From NCBI GenBank assembly GCA_963704305.1, contig OY969888.1:3627247-3691246 (forward strand): a DNA stretch of 64,000 nucleotides, read 5' to 3'. Shown piece by piece: positions 60,170-64,000 of this stretch. Source of the DNA: an uncultured Bacteroidota bacterium. GTDB lineage: Bacteria > Bacteroidota > Ignavibacteria > Kryptoniales > JAKASW01. The position numbers were made by a program, and so were the translations under genes. Each line of letters opens with the position of its first letter. The stretch's first letter is position 1. The notes beneath the pieces were generated by a model. The model was not told the origin of the DNA, searched no databases, and was given only the letters and a program-made list of their open reading frames with translations.

Positions 60170-60577
60170 TTACTGCTGAAGTAATTTAGAAAACAACCGT
60201 CCCATCTCGTCCGCGTCTGCTTTCGCCTTGGGATAATACACTGCACCAAACTTCTGCGCCATAGGGCCCAACGTGTTGTATGGATCACCGCTGCAGAAGA
60301 TGATTGGTGAAGATATGTTAGGTCCGCCCTTTCGCATCAATTGCAGAACTGCAATCCCGGGCAGGTGTCCCTGCTTTAAATCGTCCTTGAATTCGTTGTC
60401 AAGAATAATCAGGTCGTATTCCTTTCCATTCGCAAACTTTCTCGCTTCAATACTATCGACGGCTTCGTCGACTTCAATATCTGCATTCATTTCTTTTGCG
60501 ACTTCCTTCAGTACCAGCTTCTGCACAAGTCGCTGTGAATCATCATCGTCGGCGATCAGAACTGAATATTTTGCCAT
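60170..60577 (-). CDS. Single-domain response regulator
   Basis: LIADDD, DLIILD, IFCSG, YYPK. Confidence 0.8.
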   Translation of the reverse strand: MAKYSVLIADDDDSQRLVQKLVLKEVAKEMNADIEVDEAVDSIEARKFANGKEYDLIILDNEFKDDLKQGHLPGIAVLQLMRKGGPNISSPIIFCSGDPYNTLGPMAQKFGAVYYPKAKADADEMGRLFSKLLQQ

Positions 60578-60578
60578 T

Positions 60579-61691
60579 TCAGTTCAGCACTCTCGAGATA
60601 ATGCCGCCCGCTACAACGTCGTCATCCTCATATAACACAACGCTCTGTCCCGGAGTTATCGCCCTTCGAGGACTGACAAATTCCACTTCAATCTGTCCAT
60701 CGCCAACTCGCCGGGCAATGCAATCTACTCCGCCATCTTTGTATCTGATTTTTCCTTTGTAAACTTTTCCTTCGGAGAAAACTGAGTACTTGACCATATT
60801 AACGCTCTCAGCTATGAGGCCTTTTGCATACAGACCCTCCTCAAGGTCCAACTCAACAACATTTCTGACAGGATCAATGCTTTTCACGTACAACGGCTTC
60901 TCATAACTGACGCCGAGTCCTTTTCTCTGGCCTATCGTATAGAACGGATAACCGTGATGCTCACCGATGTGCTTGCCGTTGAAGATAATCTCACCGCGTT
61001 CAGTTCGCGACTCCAGCCCTGTCACCGATTCCTTCAAAAATCTCGTGTAATCATTGTCGGCTACGAAGCAAATTTCGTAGCTCTCGGGTTTCTTAGCGTT
61101 CGCTAATTCGTATTTCTCCGCCAGTCGGCGAACCTCCGGCTTTGTCAATTCAGCGAGTGGAAGGAGTGTCCTGCTAAGGCTCTCCTGTGACAGTCTGTAA
61201 AGCGCGTACGACTGGTCCTTCGTTGCGTCTATTCCCCTTGACAGCACAAATCTTTGCGCGTGATCATCAAACCTTACCTTCGCATAATGACCCGTGCAGA
61301 TATATTCGGCACCGAGGCCGTCCGCCTTCTCAATCAGATATTCCCACTTGATCTTCTGGTTACAGACGACACAAGGGTTGGGAGTACGTCCGGCAATATA
61401 TCCTGAAACGAACTCGTCGATGACTTCCTTTTTGAATCGCTCAGTGAAGTCGAAAACGTAGTGAGGAAAATCGAGTTTCCTTGCGACGGCCCTTGCCATG
61501 TTTATCGAGTCAATTGAACAGCAGCTCGAGTCTCGGCTAACATTCCCCCCGACATCTTCATAGTTGTAGGTTTTGATCGTGATACCTATAACTTCGTAGC
61601 CCCGTTCGACCATAAGCGCGGCGGCGACGGATGAATCCACACCACCACTCATGGCTACAACGACCCTCGACTTTTTGACGCTATTCTCCAT
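60579..61691 (-). CDS. mnmA: tRNA 2-thiouridine(34) synthase
   Basis: AMSGGVDSS, TPNPCVVCN, TGHYA, KDQSY, YTIGQRKGLG, TPGQ. Confidence 0.97.
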   Translation of the reverse strand: MENSVKKSRVVVAMSGGVDSSVAAALMVERGYEVIGITIKTYNYEDVGGNVSRDSSCCSIDSINMARAVARKLDFPHYVFDFTERFKKEVIDEFVSGYIAGRTPNPCVVCNQKIKWEYLIEKADGLGAEYICTGHYAKVRFDDHAQRFVLSRGIDATKDQSYALYRLSQESLSRTLLPLAELTKPEVRRLAEKYELANAKKPESYEICFVADNDYTRFLKESVTGLESRTERGEIIFNGKHIGEHHGYPFYTIGQRKGLGVSYEKPLYVKSIDPVRNVVELDLEEGLYAKGLIAESVNMVKYSVFSEGKVYKGKIRYKDGGVDCIARRVGDGQIEVEFVSPRRAITPGQSVVLYEDDDVVAGGIISRVLN

Positions 61692-61754
61692 TACATTTTA
61701 ATTTAGGAAAAATCACGCGGTTATGAAAGGGAGGTCAGATTGTATAGATACTTC

Positions 61755-62537
61755 TCAGGCGCCTTTCCAAACGGGTTTACGCTTTTCAAGAAATGCCAAT
61801 ACACCTTCCTTCTGATCAGCGGTACTGCAAGATAACGCGAAGAGTTGCGATTCGATCTTCATTCCCTCGTTTTGCGGCAATTGAACTGCGGCGTCAATCG
61901 CCTGCAACGCCAGTGTGACGGCAAAGGGTGCTCGCTCAGCAACGGACTCAGTAATCTGCATTGCTTCGTCGATGAGCCGGGGCTGCTCCACTATTTTGTT
62001 TACCAAACGAAGTTGCAGGGCAGTTTCCGAATCGATCTGCTTCCCCGTCACAATCATTTCACTCGCAACACCGCGGCCCACGAGCCTGACTAATCTCTGT
62101 GTGCCACCATAGCCCGGGATTATCCCGAGGTTCACTTCTGGCTGACCGAATCTTGCGTTTGGAGACGCGATCCTCAGGTGGCATGCACATGCAAGCTCAC
62201 TCCCTCCGCCAAGAGCATAACCATTTACTGCGGCGATCACCGGCTTCTTAAACCTCTCGATGTAATTGAAGAGGGCCTGCCCACGAACAGAGAAGTCCTT
62301 TGCTGAAATGATATCCAGTTGCTGCAATTCTGTAATGTCGGCTCCCGCTACGAAGGCTTTGTCGCCCGCGCCGGTTATGATTACAGCTGAAACGGTGTTG
62401 TCATCCTCAGCAACACTCAGTGCCATTCCAAGTTCCTCAATGACAGTTTTGTTCAGCGAATTAAGTTTCTCCGGACGGTTGATAGTGATAATTGCGGCAT
62501 GTGCTCTTTTCTCATAAATAATGCATTCAAAATTCAT
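61755..62537 (-). CDS. crt: Enoyl-CoA hydratase (crotonase)
   Basis: AFVAGADI, NGYALGGGSEL, PEVNLGIIPGYGGTQRL. Confidence 0.9.
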   Translation of the reverse strand: MNFECIIYEKRAHAAIITINRPEKLNSLNKTVIEELGMALSVAEDDNTVSAVIITGAGDKAFVAGADITELQQLDIISAKDFSVRGQALFNYIERFKKPVIAAVNGYALGGGSELACACHLRIASPNARFGQPEVNLGIIPGYGGTQRLVRLVGRGVASEMIVTGKQIDSETALQLRLVNKIVEQPRLIDEAMQITESVAERAPFAVTLALQAIDAAVQLPQNEGMKIESQLFALSCSTADQKEGVLAFLEKRKPVWKGA

Positions 62538-62600
62538 AACTGTTTTTTCCTCCGGTTGAGTGACTAATCAGGTTTTGAGTTAGTATTAGATGGGCACTGG

Positions 62601-63677
62601 TTAAGGTACCTCGACGCGACTCTGATCACCGATCATGAATCGTTGGACGCGAGGCTTGCCGTCAGTCCTAACAATCTCGACGCCGACGCCGAGCAAACTT
62701 CCCTCTATCCTGAGTCCGGCATCCACGATCTTGCACTCTTTCAGAATTATACTGTACTCGACCTCGCTGTTTGCCATATATGTATCCCGGCCAATAGAGG
62801 TGAAAGGTCCCACGTAACTATTCTCTATCACTGCACCTTCTCCGATAATGGCAGGACCTCTGACCTTGCTCTTGATTATCTTGCAGCCTTTCTGCAACAC
62901 AACCCTTCCTGCAATATCGCTTTGAGAGTCGATTTCAACATTGGGCTCGACGAGAGGTTCAGTGTTTTCCAATATCAATCTGTTGGCTTCAAGAAGATCG
63001 ATCGGCTTTCCGGTGTCTTTCCACCATCCGGTTATCTCCGCAAAACCGATCTTGAAGTTGTGATCAATGAGATACTGATGCGCGTCCGATATCTCCAGTT
63101 CACCGCGGGCACTTGGCTGGATATTATTCACAGCCTGAAAAATGTTTTTGTCGTAGATATAAATGCCGGCGACTGCATAATTGCTCTTAGGATCTTGAGG
63201 CTTTTCTTCAACCCCAACGATCACGCCGTCCTTAATCTCGGGAACGCCGAAGCGTCCCGGCTCTTTCACTTTTGCGAGTGTCAAGAAACAATTGGCACTA
63301 CTTTTTTCAAACGCTTCCAGATAGCGCCTGATCCCGCCGACAACCATATTGTCGCCGAGATAAAAAATGAAATTGTCACTTCCAATAAATGGCTCTGCAA
63401 TTTTGACGACATGAGCAAGGCCAAGAGGTGCATTTTGCGGAATAAAGGTTATTCTCGCTCCCCATTTCGATCCGTCTCCAATCGCACGAGGCACTTCATC
63501 ACTGTCAGCATTTGTAACGATTCCTATCTCGGTGACCCCGGCGGTGACTGCAGCCTCGATCGCGTAATGCAAAATAGGTTTGTTCGCTATTGGGATTAGA
63601 TGTTTGTTGTGAGTGTGCGTTATAGGCCTGAGACGAGTCCCTCTCCCGCCGCTGGCAATGAGAGCTTTAAATTTCAC
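62601..63677 (-). CDS. Glucose-1-phosphate thymidylyltransferase (long form)
   Basis: GGRGTRLRPIT, PLGLAH, YLGDN, EEKP, RGELEISDA, WKDTG; start placed at GTG 63677 after GGAGG. Confidence 0.9.
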   Translation of the reverse strand: MKFKALIASGGRGTRLRPITHTHNKHLIPIANKPILHYAIEAAVTAGVTEIGIVTNADSDEVPRAIGDGSKWGARITFIPQNAPLGLAHVVKIAEPFIGSDNFIFYLGDNMVVGGIRRYLEAFEKSSANCFLTLAKVKEPGRFGVPEIKDGVIVGVEEKPQDPKSNYAVAGIYIYDKNIFQAVNNIQPSARGELEISDAHQYLIDHNFKIGFAEITGWWKDTGKPIDLLEANRLILENTEPLVEPNVEIDSQSDIAGRVVLQKGCKIIKSKVRGPAIIGEGAVIENSYVGPFTSIGRDTYMANSEVEYSIILKECKIVDAGLRIEGSLLGVGVEIVRTDGKPRVQRFMIGDQSRVEVP

Positions 63678-64000
63678 TTTCCCTCCAGAAGTTTCCATAT
63701 TTCTTTCAGTCGAGCACGCTGAAACTTATCTCGCTCAACTTCGAGCAACATCTTAGTACCGAGGAGTGACCATGATCTGTAAAAACGCAGGACGTCAACA
63801 TCGCTCTGAAGTATCTTCATATGCTCCGCGACCACTCCCACATCACCTCGCTTCAACGGACCTGTCAACGAATCCATTCTCCTCTTCTCTCTCAGATTCT
63901 CGACGGTAGATGACAAAAGACTTTCAATCAAACCGGTCGCATTTTTTGAATCGATAAATGTTGAGATTAGTCGTTCAGCACTTCTGACAGCGACGACCGT
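63674..64000 (-). CDS. Rossmann-like/DUF2520 family protein (C-terminal part; continues beyond the window)
   Basis: LTGPLKRGD..VV..H motif. Confidence 0.75.
   Translation of the reverse strand, partial: TVVAVRSAERLISTFIDSKNATGLIESLLSSTVENLREKRRMDSLTGPLKRGDVGVVAEHMKILQSDVDVLRFYRSWSLLGTKMLLEVERDKFQRARLKEIWKLLEGK

Noticed and set aside
62643-63599. 318-aa plus-strand ORF
   Set aside because: Antisense shadow of the thymidylyltransferase gene with no motifs; the same applies to the long antisense ORFs over dnaJ, clpB, dnaK, rho and pyrK
1-64000. CRISPR array, cas genes, IS transposase, integrase, prophage, reverse transcriptase, rRNA
   Set aside because: No regularly spaced repeats or corresponding protein motifs seen; the fibre-like gene has a signal peptide and no phage neighbours

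Overview
A bacterial chromosomal window of about 50% GC by eye. The gene set suggests an FCB-group organism of the Ignavibacteria/Kryptonia type; this is an inference from hrcA, canonical sigma70 -35/-10 promoters, SD motifs and a PorW/SprE-like TPR lipoprotein. Bases 1-15.8 kb and 30.8-64 kb are mostly housekeeping genes: hrcA-grpE-dnaJ-comEA-pilM-like-rsmD-coaD-aspC-rlmI, uvrA, a sensor kinase/NtrC pair with dacB, clpB-dnaK, lutABC, uppP, holA, a GH20 hydrolase, rho-thiolase-hbd-acyl-CoA dehydrogenase, folC, pyrKD, mnmA, crt and rmlA. Between tRNA-His (15874) and clpB lies a mosaic accessory region of about 14.7 kb, almost all on the minus strand, with no integrase or transposase. It holds cassette-like small genes, gene fragments, a large clan GH-A hydrolase and an AT-rich Bacteroidia-like pair of surface proteins. 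Four observations stand out. (1) The tRNA-His has no encoded G-1 and carries G1:U72 and A73, the identity set known from an alphaproteobacterial clade. (2) Three homologous 'promoter + leaderless micro-ORF' modules (TTGA..-17-TACATT-TTnnnCG-ATG) each head a different cargo block. (3) There is one attC-like 80-bp palindrome and one pseudoknot-capable structured intergenic segment. (4) A non-CIRCE inverted repeat lies over the dnaK promoter. All family assignments come from motif recognition by eye; no database searches were run.
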